Below, one piece after another: positions 42,948-53,011 of a stretch of DNA of 61,572 nucleotides. The DNA is taken from the IMG/VR virus record IMGVR_UViG_3300025836_000010, positions 1 to 61,572 of that record, one strand, 5' to 3'. Both the position numbers and the translations under genes were made by a program. This stretch comes from a virus. Its lineage: Duplodnaviria; Caudoviricetes. The notes beneath the pieces are model-generated. The model was not told the origin of the DNA. It ran no database searches and saw only the letters and a list, made by a program, of their open reading frames with translations. How positions within the stretch are numbered: position 1 is the stretch's first letter; each line of letters opens with the position of its first letter.

Positions 42948-45900
42948 CAGTAGGACGTCCGCTTGCGGTCATTGGCGAGGCGCGTGAACTCGGGCTTCAG
43001 GCGCCGGACAAGTTGCCGCTTCTCGCGCTCACTCGGCTCGCCGGTCAGGGTCTGCCATGAGACGTTCACATCCACGCTTCCGCCGGGGGTGCTCGCCATC
43101 GCGGGGACGGCGGCGAGGGCTGGAACGGGCGCAGTGTTCATCGCGTTCACGGAATTGGCCGATACCTCGACCATGGACGCGAAGATGTCGCGTAGCAGGG
43201 TCACGGCGTCAAGCGCGGTCTGCAGCTTGGTCGCATCGGGGATGATGTGCAGGGCGCCGACGATGCCGTTGATCATCTGCGTGAGGGCGCTGCCGATGCC
43301 CTGCCAGAGATTGCCGTAGGTCATGGTGGCGAACTTCTGCAGGTTGGCGGCCATGTCGGGAAGTGAGGCGGCGAGATCGGCGATGCTTCCGATGACGCTG
43401 ACCATGGTACCGATGAAGCCCATCTTCTCGGACTTACTCTTCAGCATCTTGTCGTCCCAAATCGCGAACTGTTTGAGGACGCCTCCGACGCCTTCGATCA
43501 TGGCTGTGCCGAACGCGGCCCAGTTCTGGCGCATGGTCGTGATGATGGTCTTGGGGGCGTTCGCGAAGTAGGACAGGATGTCGCCGAGGGGGCCGACCAT
43601 CGCGCCGATGAGGCCCATGCGGTCGCCCTTCTTGCCGAGCATCTCGTCGCTCATGTCCTTGTAGACCTTCAGGACCTCCTCGACGGCCTTCTTGATGACG
43701 ACGGCGAGGGAGTGCCACTTCTGCGGGATGACGGCCACAGCTTTGTCGGGTGCCTCGACAAACATCGAGATGATGGAACCGAGACTGCCCGCCATGCCCG
43801 CTACGGAACCCGCCCGAGTCGCACTGTCGCCGAGCTGCTTCGTGGACAGTTTCTTGAAGACCGCGAGGACTTGATCGACGGCCGACTTGACAACCTTCGC
43901 CAGCGCCTTCCACTTCTGCGGGATGATCTTCACGGCCTTGTCGGGGAGATCGGCAAGGGCAGAGATGAAGCTGCCGATGCCGCCCGCCGCCGAGCCGATG
44001 CTGCCGATACGCTCGGCGTTACCGGCGAGGCCCTTGGTGCTGGTTGCGGCGAAGACGTTGAGGACTGCGGCGAGCGCCGCACTCAGCACGGTCGCCAGCT
44101 TCTTCCACGCCTGCGGGATGATCTTCACGGCCTTGGCCGGCATGTCGGCCATGGCGCCGATGAAGCTGCCGATGCCACCAGCCGCGCTGCCGACCGAACC
44201 GGCGCGTTCAGCCTGCTTGGCGAGGCCCTTGTCGGTGAAGACCGAGAGGACTGCGGACAAGGCTGATGCCAGCGTTGCCGCGAGACTGTGCCACGCCTGC
44301 GGGATGACCCTGACGGCCTTCTTCGGCATGTCGGCGAGCGCCGAGATGAACGACCCGATGCCCCCTGCCGCAGTGCCGATACTGCCCATGCGTGCGGCGT
44401 CCGCGACTAGCATTTCGTCGCTCATCTGCGCGAACGCGGCGTTCACCTGCATCATGGCGTTGAACAAAGCGACGCCGAGCGCGGCAAAGTTCTGTTGTAG
44501 CGGCCTGAGCGCCTTCTTTGGCGCGTCCGCGAATACGGACAGGATGCTGCCCAGTGCGCTGGTGATGCTCGCGAGGCTACTCATGCGCGTGCCCCAGAGC
44601 CCGACCAGTTCGTCGGTCAGGGACGCGAAGCCGCTATTGAAGGCGATCATCGCGTTGAATGTCGCGGCGCCAATCCCGGCCCAGTCGCGGTTGAGAATCT
44701 CGATGATGTTCTTGGGGATGGATGCGAGTGTGTTGGTTAGGTCGGCCCCGGCCGCGGCGGTTTCGGCGGCCGTCTTCTGGACGTCCTCGACGATGGTCGC
44801 GCCCTTGAGCATGATCTCGGTCCCGGCCTTGTCGAGTCCCATCCACCCACCGGCGACGGCCTGACTCTTGCTCATGCCCACTGGGCCGGACATGCCGGGA
44901 ATCTGGACGTTGATTATCGCGAGTGCGTCGGCGGCGGCCTTCAGCGCCTCCTTGGCCTTCTTTGCCTTTGTCGCCGTATCGTCCAATGCGCTTGGGTCGA
45001 TGTTCAGGAGTTGCTGCGATAGCAAGGCTACGGCTGGGGCCGCGATGGTGCCGAGTCCCTTCAGATCGTCGATGGCCCCGACGATCTTCTTCTTGCCCTC
45101 CGCCGTGAGGGGCCCCTTGTCGAATATGGCCTGGGTGGTGTCCAGGATCTTCCCCGCGGCCTTGGCCACCTCCTGATCGGACTTCTCTCCCAGAAGGTGC
45201 TTCCACTGGGCCTCGAGGTTGGACGTCATCCTGCTCAGTCCGAGTGCCGGGCCTTTGGTCTGCTCATCGAGGGACGCCATGACGTCGGATGCCATGAGAT
45301 CGGCGAACTCTTGGTACCTGTCCGACAACACGCCGAACTTGTCGGCTATACGCTCCAGGTTCAGAGTGACTGCATCGGCGAAACCCTTGGTGGCATCCGC
45401 GGCCTGTTTCTCGGCGTCTTTCCACTCCCTGTAGAACGGCCTGACCAGAAGAAAGGCCGCGCCCGCGGCGGCAGCGGCGATGATGAATGGACCGAACGAC
45501 ACGGCGGCAGATGCGATGCCAGCGCCCAGGGAACGGAATGCACCGCCGGTCTTGGCCGCTACTATGCCGAGCCTGCTCACGGGCTGCTCTGCCTTACCGA
45601 TCGTGCCGAGCGTGGGTGCGAGGCCGGCGGCGGATCCCGCCTTCTGCATGGCCGAGAGGTCTTGCGCCTTGAAAGCCGCATTCAGGTCTGCCTGCCTGTT
45701 CATTCGCGGAGATGCGTAGGGAGCGCCCATCCCGCCCAGGCTGCCGCCAGCGCGCGCCGCGTTATTGGCCACCAGCGCAGCGGTGTCGGCGTCGATGGCG
45801 GCCGTCTCTCCCGCCCAGCCCATGGTTTTCAGCGCACCCTTGAACGCCTGCGCCGACTGCACTGACTTGGTGAAGATGAGGGCAATGGCACCGAGGGGGA

Positions 45901-46912
45901 CGCCGAGGGCGAGGATGAGGGCAGGGACGGGGCCGAGGAAGCCGAACGCCTTACCGAACGCCTTGCCGACGCCGCTCACCACCTTGATAGCACGCGGCCC
46001 CCAGGTACCGATGAACCCGGCTATGGCGGTCATGGCTGGGGACATAATCTTGCCGATCTGCGCCCACATGAGCGCCCACGTCAGGCTGACCTTGCGCTGC
46101 GATTGGATGAACTTCTCGTAGCCGCCCTTGTCGAACTTGAAGCCGGACTTTTTGACGATGTCGTTGTAGCTCTGGATGAGCTTCTCGTCCGTGGAAATCC
46201 AGCGGCCGAGGACCTGCCAGCCACGGCTGAAGAGGGCCATGGCGACGCCCGCCTTCAGGCTCGAGTCCTTCGTCTCGCTGAGGCGATCGCGGACTTCGGG
46301 GAGTAGTTCGGATGCCGTCTTCCACTCGCCACTGGATGTCTTGAGCTTGACACCGAGGTCCTTGAGCGCCCCCGCCTGCGCTCCGACTCCCGACCGCGCC
46401 TTGTACAGGTTCTTCGTGAACATGGCGATGGCCTTGGCCCCCGCCTCTGCGTCCACGCCGGTCATCTTGAATTGCGCGTAGAGATTGGTGGCGGCCTCTG
46501 GATTGATGCCGGAAACGAAGCCGATCTTCGTGATGCTGGCCCCGAGGGCGGCGTAGGTCTGGATCCCCTTGACGCCCATGGCGATGAAGCCGCCGATGGC
46601 CGCAGCCGCGACGGCGAACGTCTTGACGATGCCGCCGCCCATCGAGTTGAAGCCCTCAAGCGAGCGACCGATGCTGGACATGCCCTGGCTGATGTTGCCG
46701 GATACCAGGAAGCGCAGGGCGTTCTTGAGGTCACCGAAGCCGCGCCCGATGCCAGACATGCCGACCTTCTGGAACGCGAGGCCGAGACCGTGCATGTTCT
46801 TGTTCAGGTGCTCGGCGTCGACGGACGCCTTCTTCATGGTGCTGGAGTAGCCCTTGTCCTTGCCCTGCAGTACGGCCTGGACATTGAAAGTGGCCGTCTT
46901 GTTATAGGACAC
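42947..46912 (-). CDS. tape measure protein
   Basis: 1321 aa, helical and Ala/Gly-rich, follows the tail chaperones, internal repeats. Confidence 0.9.
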   Translation of the reverse strand: MSYNKTATFNVQAVLQGKDKGYSSTMKKASVDAEHLNKNMHGLGLAFQKVGMSGIGRGFGDLKNALRFLVSGNISQGMSSIGRSLEGFNSMGGGIVKTFAVAAAAIGGFIAMGVKGIQTYAALGASITKIGFVSGINPEAATNLYAQFKMTGVDAEAGAKAIAMFTKNLYKARSGVGAQAGALKDLGVKLKTSSGEWKTASELLPEVRDRLSETKDSSLKAGVAMALFSRGWQVLGRWISTDEKLIQSYNDIVKKSGFKFDKGGYEKFIQSQRKVSLTWALMWAQIGKIMSPAMTAIAGFIGTWGPRAIKVVSGVGKAFGKAFGFLGPVPALILALGVPLGAIALIFTKSVQSAQAFKGALKTMGWAGETAAIDADTAALVANNAARAGGSLGGMGAPYASPRMNRQADLNAAFKAQDLSAMQKAGSAAGLAPTLGTIGKAEQPVSRLGIVAAKTGGAFRSLGAGIASAAVSFGPFIIAAAAAGAAFLLVRPFYREWKDAEKQAADATKGFADAVTLNLERIADKFGVLSDRYQEFADLMASDVMASLDEQTKGPALGLSRMTSNLEAQWKHLLGEKSDQEVAKAAGKILDTTQAIFDKGPLTAEGKKKIVGAIDDLKGLGTIAAPAVALLSQQLLNIDPSALDDTATKAKKAKEALKAAADALAIINVQIPGMSGPVGMSKSQAVAGGWMGLDKAGTEIMLKGATIVEDVQKTAAETAAAGADLTNTLASIPKNIIEILNRDWAGIGAATFNAMIAFNSGFASLTDELVGLWGTRMSSLASITSALGSILSVFADAPKKALRPLQQNFAALGVALFNAMMQVNAAFAQMSDEMLVADAARMGSIGTAAGGIGSFISALADMPKKAVRVIPQAWHSLAATLASALSAVLSVFTDKGLAKQAERAGSVGSAAGGIGSFIGAMADMPAKAVKIIPQAWKKLATVLSAALAAVLNVFAATSTKGLAGNAERIGSIGSAAGGIGSFISALADLPDKAVKIIPQKWKALAKVVKSAVDQVLAVFKKLSTKQLGDSATRAGSVAGMAGSLGSIISMFVEAPDKAVAVIPQKWHSLAVVIKKAVEEVLKVYKDMSDEMLGKKGDRMGLIGAMVGPLGDILSYFANAPKTIITTMRQNWAAFGTAMIEGVGGVLKQFAIWDDKMLKSKSEKMGFIGTMVSVIGSIADLAASLPDMAANLQKFATMTYGNLWQGIGSALTQMINGIVGALHIIPDATKLQTALDAVTLLRDIFASMVEVSANSVNAMNTAPVPALAAVPAMASTPGGSVDVNVSWQTLTGEPSEREKRQLVRRLKPEFTRLANDRKRTSY

Positions 46913-47426
46913 TACTTAGCTCCGTGATATTCGGCGGCAACCTTGGCCGCGACGTTGAACTGCTCGACCGTCAAATCAAGTACGTCCTCTCTGCGCCACT
47001 TGTAGGCGATGCACAAACGGAAGATGTCCTTTTCGGTTACGACTTCTTGCGCGCCGTCCGCTTCGGCGCCGGAGGAGGGTCTGATTCGGCCTTCGTCGTG
47101 GCCCACGCGATGATTGCGCGCAGCAGTGCGCCGTACTCAAGTTTCTCCGCCATCTCGTCGAACTTCAGAAACTTGTCCTTGCGCCGCTCGGTGATCCAGG
47201 CAAGGCCCAGGAGCCACTCCGGAGGGATGTTGGAATACTGCTCGGCGTCTTCCGTCTCGAACGCCTTGCCGATCTTCAGCATGGCGTACTGCGGGTTGAC
47301 GCCGGTCTTCTCGCGGTAGGCCATCTGCTCGGCCAGCTTCCAGTTGGAAGGGTCGGCGTCGATGTCCATGGGCGCGGGTTCGGCCTCTACTTCGTCGGCT
47401 GTGATCGTCTTCACTTCGTCTGTCAT
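46912..47426 (-). CDS. tail assembly chaperone G (47037..47426) and -1 frameshift product G-T (to 46912)
   Basis: Overlapping -1 frame encodes FRLCIAYKWRREDVLDLTVEQF; candidate slip site GAC-CCT-CCT near 47071-47081. Confidence 0.7.
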
Positions 47427-47444
47427 GTGTCCCCCTCGTGGTGC

Positions 47445-48104
47445 TTACGCGCTGAGTTTGTGCCCGGTGTGTTCGGCGATTTTCTTGGTCATGTCGTTCC
47501 AGTAATCCTTGAAAATCTTGTCGAGGTTCTTGTCCACGGTCGGGAAGAAGAAGTGACCCATCGGGAAACCGTCCTTCATCCCGCTACGTTCGCGGACGCC
47601 GATGATGTGTCCGCCCCTACTAGCGCCATGCTTGGCGAACTGTTCGGCGTGCGATTTGTGCGAGCGCGTCGCGTTCAGCGGAACATGCGCGCCGCCGTGC
47701 CTGCTGCGCCACCACACTCCGCCGCCGAACTCACTGACGACGAAGTGCGGAGTGCGTGCGTCGCCGCCGGTGACGGACGAGTAGTCGACACCGGCATGCG
47801 TCTTGATAGACTTGCGGATGATGCCGTGCGGGGTATTGTGCGGCGTGGCCCCCGGACGGTGCGTGATGCCTTCCTTCTTCTTCGCATCGGAGCGGCGCCG
47901 CCGCCGACCTTTGCCCACGCCGCCGGTTGTCGGTTCCGCCGCCTTGATGATGACCGCGAGCTTGCGCGCCCACAGGCGGTTGACCTTCTTGAGAAGTGGG
48001 CGCACGTCCTGTGAGGTGTGCTTCAGCCCCTTGGCCATCTCCTCAAGACCGTCGATACGGAAAGTCTGACCCTGCTGCCCGGACGGGATCCCTAGGCGTG
48101 CCAC
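47445..48104 (-). CDS. HK97 gp10-like neck/tail protein
   Basis: IDGLEEMAKGL...SEFGG...HFFFPT; basic. Confidence 0.65.
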   Translation of the reverse strand: MARLGIPSGQQGQTFRIDGLEEMAKGLKHTSQDVRPLLKKVNRLWARKLAVIIKAAEPTTGGVGKGRRRRRSDAKKKEGITHRPGATPHNTPHGIIRKSIKTHAGVDYSSVTGGDARTPHFVVSEFGGGVWWRSRHGGAHVPLNATRSHKSHAEQFAKHGASRGGHIIGVRERSGMKDGFPMGHFFFPTVDKNLDKIFKDYWNDMTKKIAEHTGHKLSA

Positions 48105-48743
48105 TTAGGCGAGCCCCGCCACGTAGTAAGGGCCGTCGTTGAAGTTGACGACGAACGGCTGCTCGACCACGCCGTCGATGGACGCGCTGATGGACGTACT
48201 GCCCAGCGTGCCAAAGCCGGTGTAGCGGATTTCATAGCCCGCCGTGGAATCGACGAACAGGTCGACGCCGATGCGCGGATTGGTCGAGATCATCTCGTTG
48301 AACAGGGTCTCGTCCACATAGAAGCCCTCGATGTTGGCTGTGCCCTGGGTAATCATCGCGACCTGCCGCTTGAACGTGTCGCCGAAGGAGGTCACGTCGA
48401 CGAACTCAGTGGCGAAGTCCAGCGTCCACGACTTGCACTCGCCGACTACGGCGACGGGCAGGTACTTACCCGTGATGAACACGTCCCCATCACCGGGGGT
48501 CGCTGCCCACGTGACGATGCCGCCGGGGCGCTGGATGGATGCGTAGCTCGTGACCGGAGTCGCGTTGTCGGGGTAGTCAATAACAACGGCGGTGTCCGGG
48601 TCGAGGAATCGCTTGGCCTCGTCGGCGATGGTGAAGACGGTCTTGGCGGCGTTGGCGGTGGTGGCCTCGTTCGTCAATGCCGTGGTGCCGGCCCCGATCT
48701 GGGCCATGTAAACGGCCCCGAGGCGTCCCTTGATAACGGTCAT
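48105..48743 (-). CDS. tail tube-like protein with inserted domain
   Basis: WTLDF..EFVDVTSFGDTFK...SISASIDGVVE; paralog of the upstream tube gene. Confidence 0.7.
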   Translation of the reverse strand: MTVIKGRLGAVYMAQIGAGTTALTNEATTANAAKTVFTIADEAKRFLDPDTAVVIDYPDNATPVTSYASIQRPGGIVTWAATPGDGDVFITGKYLPVAVVGECKSWTLDFATEFVDVTSFGDTFKRQVAMITQGTANIEGFYVDETLFNEMISTNPRIGVDLFVDSTAGYEIRYTGFGTLGSTSISASIDGVVEQPFVVNFNDGPYYVAGLA

Positions 48744-48758
48744 AGGTCAGCCCCCCAC

Positions 48759-49142
48759 TCAGGCGTAGGCGAGGGGGCCGCTGGCCGCGAACGTCCAGTT
48801 GATCTCGACGATGCCATCCACAGCCGCGCTGATGGAAGCCGAGACGTAGGCCGGGCCGTGGTAGTAGTGCGTGGCATCGACGTAGCAGCGGATGTCTCCC
48901 ACTTCTGTGCCAGCGAGGACCGCCGTCTGTAGCGCGAGCTGGCCGGTGGTGTCGGTGATGCAGTAGTTGCCCTTCGCGGTGGCGGACCATGTGGCGAAGG
49001 TCGGGGTACTCTCTCGGAAGGTATCGCCGAAGGACGTGGTGTCAACGGTCTCCTGGGAGATGTCGAGCGACCAATTCTGGCACTCCAGAATGGCATTGGC
49101 GGCGACGCGGATGCTCGCCAGGTTTCCTTTCAGAACGCTCAC
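48759..49142 (-). CDS. major tail tube protein
   Basis: WSLDISQETVDTTSFGD..RE...W. Confidence 0.8.
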   Translation of the reverse strand: MSVLKGNLASIRVAANAILECQNWSLDISQETVDTTSFGDTFRESTPTFATWSATAKGNYCITDTTGQLALQTAVLAGTEVGDIRCYVDATHYYHGPAYVSASISAAVDGIVEINWTFAASGPLAYA

Positions 49143-49354
49143 ACGTCCTCCTTAACGGAAATGGCCGCTTCCGCGGCCTCTTGTTTGACTGGCTTCGGCG
49201 CCCTCTCGGGCGCGGGTTCCTTCTTCGGCGGCGAGCCCGGAATGAACTCTTCCGCCTCCCTCTTCGCGATGAGTTCGCGCGCCATCTCGGGGCCGTAATC
49301 GACCACCGATCCAGCCGCGCAACTGTCGCGCTTGACGAGTAGCTTGACCTTCAC
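49139..49354 (-). CDS. small hypothetical protein
   Basis: AAGGGAG SD; GTG start. Confidence 0.6.
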   Translation of the reverse strand: MKVKLLVKRDSCAAGSVVDYGPEMARELIAKREAEEFIPGSPPKKEPAPERAPKPVKQEAAEAAISVKEDV

Positions 49355-49368
49355 GTATCTCCCTTCGA

Positions 49369-49830
49369 TTACGGTGTCACGCGAGCCGTGACATTCAGCG
49401 CGAACTCGACCCACACAACGCGCGCGGGCGGGTCTGGGCGCATGCCCTGGTGCCAGTTCTGCGACGCGATCTGCACGTCCTGCACGCTGCCGGTCATGGT
49501 GTCGTTGCTGCCCAGTTCAGCCACAATCTCGGCAAGGATGGCGGCGCAACGGTCGCGGGCGGCCTTAGCTGAGACGTTGATCCCGAGTTTGCTTGTGGAC
49601 GCGGCCACGAGCAGGCTGCCGGGGACTGAGTACGTCTCCGCGATGACCGTGCTACCCATCGCCGCGAGAGTCTGCTCGACCGTGACCTCCTCGCCGAACT
49701 CGATGCCCTCCATGCCCAGGTCTTCGGGGGCGACCGGGCAAGAAAAGATATTGACGCCGCTCAGGCCGTTCCGGGTGCCCAGCGCACCTACGAGAGAATC
49801 GAGGAAGTCGGGCAGGGTAGTGGGAGCCAT
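49369..49830 (-). CDS. tail terminator/completion protein
   Basis: Position and size. Confidence 0.55.
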   Translation of the reverse strand: MAPTTLPDFLDSLVGALGTRNGLSGVNIFSCPVAPEDLGMEGIEFGEEVTVEQTLAAMGSTVIAETYSVPGSLLVAASTSKLGINVSAKAARDRCAAILAEIVAELGSNDTMTGSVQDVQIASQNWHQGMRPDPPARVVWVEFALNVTARVTP

Positions 49831-50777
49831 TAGCCGAGCCCGGGGCCGGAGTGGTCATAGAGGCGCAGCGCGAGCATCACGTGCGGCAGGCCGGACCAGG
49901 CCCCGCCGTAGCCATCGCCGCGGGTCCACGAGTAGGAGGTGCCCCCCGCCTCGTAGCTGTCGGCCTGCCATGGTGTGTTGCTCGGCGGCATCTCGGTGAT
50001 CGCCACCTCGAGCGCGGCTCGTTTGATGAGCGGCGGCACCGCCGGGTACCCAGCAACGTAGGTGACGCGAGCGTTGGCACGACTGCGAGGCCAGTGCCCC
50101 GCAAGCCACACAATCTCGCCGGTCGGAAGTACCTGGATTGCGCCCAGCTCGTCGGCGGTCAGGTCCGTCCACACGGTCCCGGATCGTAGCGATGCCGAGA
50201 CGACGGTCGTGGGCATGGGCCAGTCGAGGAGCAGGGAGTGGCGCCAGTTGCCGTCGTGGAGCTCGTCGGTGTGCTGCGTCGGAACGAAGTCGACCTTGCA
50301 CGCGGCGGTGAACAGGCTGCGAATCTCGGCTTCCTTGGCGACGATATCGGCATCCAAATACTCCGACGTGTCGGAGAGTTCGGCGATGTGGAAGGCGCGC
50401 GCCTCGGCAACGGTGAAGAGTGTGGTCGGTGCCTCGGCCACAAGGTCGTATCCGACCGCGACCGTGACCGAAGACGGAACAGCACCATCGTTCGTGACCA
50501 CGCAGGCGATGTAGTCGTAGCTGCCGGCGTCGACGCGGTAGACGTTGCCGCCCGTGCCCGAGGTGCTCGGCGCCGCCGTCTCGGTGTAGGCGGCGAGGAT
50601 GGCCCCGGCGGCGACCGTGGCGAAGTCCGCGTTGGCGACGTAGAAGCGCACACTGTGCAGTACGTTGCACTGGACGCGGAAGTCGACCTCGGGCGGAACC
50701 GAGATCAGGTACGCCACGACGGCGCTCGATGCGGCGGCGTTGACCGCGGCAGTGTCGACGAGGACGGTTTCAGCCAT
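49830..50777 (-). CDS. head-tail adaptor (gp6-like) with N-terminal extension
   Basis: LFTVAEAR...VTYVAGYPAVPPLIKRAALE. Confidence 0.7.
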   Translation of the reverse strand: MAETVLVDTAAVNAAASSAVVAYLISVPPEVDFRVQCNVLHSVRFYVANADFATVAAGAILAAYTETAAPSTSGTGGNVYRVDAGSYDYIACVVTNDGAVPSSVTVAVGYDLVAEAPTTLFTVAEARAFHIAELSDTSEYLDADIVAKEAEIRSLFTAACKVDFVPTQHTDELHDGNWRHSLLLDWPMPTTVVSASLRSGTVWTDLTADELGAIQVLPTGEIVWLAGHWPRSRANARVTYVAGYPAVPPLIKRAALEVAITEMPPSNTPWQADSYEAGGTSYSWTRGDGYGGAWSGLPHVMLALRLYDHSGPGLG

Positions 50778-50786
50778 GGATGCGCC

Positions 50787-51119
50787 CTACGCCCTGTAGC
50801 CGTGCACGATGGTCGTGCTGTGGTCTGCGGCAGACGTGGTCACGTTGATGTTCTTGTTCGCGGTTACGGGGATGCTCGGGCGGCCACTGTTGAAGGTCTG
50901 GTTCGCGCCGAGGTAGATGGCCCCGGTCGGCGGATACAGCGCGACCGCATCTTCGTCCTTGACGACGAAGCTATTGGCGGTGCCCTCATTGGAAAACACG
51001 ATCTGCTCGATGACGATTGACTTGCCCGCGCCGGGGGTCGCCTTGACTTCTGTGGCAGTCAGGGCGGCGACAGTGCTGGCGGCGCTGGCAACCCATCCGC
51101 CTGTTGCATCACCTGACAT
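50787..51119 (-). CDS. putative capsid decoration beta-sandwich protein
   Basis: Position after MCP; beta-rich. Confidence 0.5.
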   Translation of the reverse strand: MSGDATGGWVASAASTVAALTATEVKATPGAGKSIVIEQIVFSNEGTANSFVVKDEDAVALYPPTGAIYLGANQTFNSGRPSIPVTANKNINVTTSAADHSTTIVHGYRA

Positions 51120-51358
51120 TACTTACCAGCCTTTCGCGGAGTTGGCTTCGTGGTACGTGCCGCCGCGTTGCGGGGCGGCTCGACTTCGGCGGTCCTGACC
51201 ACGGGGGCGGGGACCGGCTTCGGATACGGCTCGGCCTGCCCCTCCTCGATGAGGAACGTGGCCGTCTTTTCGTTGATGTTGACGACGGTGCCTTCGACGA
51301 GCCACTGGCTGTCGCAGGTGCCGGGGATGGTGGTGAGCATGGCAATCTTCATGGGCAT
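51119..51358 (-). CDS. small hypothetical protein
   Basis: AAGGGGG SD; TAATG coupling. Confidence 0.6.
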   Translation of the reverse strand: MPMKIAMLTTIPGTCDSQWLVEGTVVNINEKTATFLIEEGQAEPYPKPVPAPVVRTAEVEPPRNAAARTTKPTPRKAGK

Positions 51359-51439
51359 CCCCCTTGGGGCGGGGTAGGGGCCGGGCCGGGCGGGTGGCCC
51401 GGCCCCGGAGTGGTTGTTAGCTCTGCGGAGCGCCTGTTA

Positions 51440-51694
51440 TCAGGCGGCGACGCCGTTGAGGACCCACACGTCGTTCTGCTTCTGCCAGGTGCCGCTCGCG
51501 CCGTCGACGCAGCTGATGTAGAGGCTGCCGTCGGCGTAGAGGGTGTCGGCGCCGAGTTCCGCGATGATGGTGGCGTCGCTGTTCGACTGGCCTGCGGCGA
51601 GAATGCAGGGGAGGCCGTTGGCGTCGGTGCCGAGGACCATGTAGCCGCCGCCCTGAATACCGTGGACCTTGGTGTTGTAGCCGGAATCGGCCAT
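51440..51694 (-). CDS. small virion-associated protein
   Basis: AAAGGA SD; GSLYI...W pattern. Confidence 0.65.
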   Translation of the reverse strand: MADSGYNTKVHGIQGGGYMVLGTDANGLPCILAAGQSNSDATIIAELGADTLYADGSLYISCVDGASGTWQKQNDVWVLNGVAA

Positions 51695-51792
51695 GGGTTT
51701 CCTTTCAGTTGGTACAGCCGGGAATGCCCCGGCCTATCCCGTGAGGGGCGGGGGCGGCCCGCATGGGACCGCCCCCGAGAGATGATCGAGAA

Positions 51793-53007
51793 TTACAGGA
51801 GCGCCAGGCACTTGTTCGTGGATGTCTGGAACAAATCGGCATCCATATAGCAGCTGAACCGAACAACACTCTCGAACGCGGTGAAATACACGCTGTCGTC
51901 GCGCTCGATGTTGACGCCGCCGATGCGACGGACCTTGTACTCAGACACGTCACCAAAGGTAACGGGCTTGAGGGTTGTCGTGCAGGCCGGATACGCCGCG
52001 TCCTCGAACAGGGGCTTGCCGAGGATGCTGCCGATGCCCTTGTCCTTGGCGATGTCGTGGAGCAAATAATCGCCGTCGGCGTTCTTGAGCTTGAAGATGA
52101 TCGCCAGTGCACCCGAGCCTGCGATGAAGGAACCGCGCGAACGCGAGCCCGGCATCACGGACAGGTAGAGGTCGATGATCTCGTCGCAGGTGAACGTGGT
52201 CTTGGACGCAGCCGTCACGCCAGTAGCAGTCTTGGTCGGCAGGCCGTCCGGCATGGTGGTGCCGGTGCCCGTAGCCAACTGAGACGCGACCTTCGTGGCC
52301 AGGGCGCGACTTGCGACCTCGCCTACGGCCTGCATGATGTTGACCTGAGAGTCGCGAATCAGCTCTTTGGTCAGGGTCATGTAGCCGTCCTGGCGGTACG
52401 AATCGAGCTGAGCCTGCGCGAACACAGGGTTGGTCAGGGTAGCGGCGGTACGCTCAGCCGTCTGCGCGGCGGAAGCGTCAGTCGCGAGAATCGGCCAGAG
52501 CATCGTGTTGCCGTCGGCCGTGTCGACGTAGGTCGGACCCGCCTGCAGGACGCCAGACTCGGCGTTCTCGTGCCAGATGACGTTGCTGATCAGCGTGCTG
52601 GCGTAGGTATAGCCCGCCTTCACGGTCTTGGACGTGTCCTTGAACCACTCTTCGTCGGCGCGCTTGGTGAAGGGCACGGTCAGGTAACGCTTGACCGGAC
52701 CATCCTCAGTCGGCGCGGAGCAGAAGCGTTCGACGGAACGCAGCATCGGGTCGACGGCCGCGGGGGCCCCAGAACCCTCTGCATGGATCACGGACTCGAG
52801 CTTGGCGCGGGACTCAGCAACTTCCGCGTCCATGCTCATGCGCTCGGTCTCGTCCTTCTCGAGCTGGGCGAAGCGCCGGGCGTCGGCAACGGCGCGCTGG
52901 TAGCTCTCTTCAAGCTCGCCTTCGCCGTTGTAGTCGACGTTCTCCGCGATCTCGCGGGCGTCGGTGATGGCCTTGGCCTTGCGGTCAAGAATGTCCTTGA
53001 TAGTCAC
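51793..53007 (-). CDS. HK97-fold major capsid protein
   Basis: N-terminal coiled delta domain; KELIRDS; GTGTTMPDGL; KLKNADGDYL; ILGKP; FGD. Confidence 0.92.
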   Translation of the reverse strand: MTIKDILDRKAKAITDAREIAENVDYNGEGELEESYQRAVADARRFAQLEKDETERMSMDAEVAESRAKLESVIHAEGSGAPAAVDPMLRSVERFCSAPTEDGPVKRYLTVPFTKRADEEWFKDTSKTVKAGYTYASTLISNVIWHENAESGVLQAGPTYVDTADGNTMLWPILATDASAAQTAERTAATLTNPVFAQAQLDSYRQDGYMTLTKELIRDSQVNIMQAVGEVASRALATKVASQLATGTGTTMPDGLPTKTATGVTAASKTTFTCDEIIDLYLSVMPGSRSRGSFIAGSGALAIIFKLKNADGDYLLHDIAKDKGIGSILGKPLFEDAAYPACTTTLKPVTFGDVSEYKVRRIGGVNIERDDSVYFTAFESVVRFSCYMDADLFQTSTNKCLALL

Positions 53008-53011
53008 TTGG

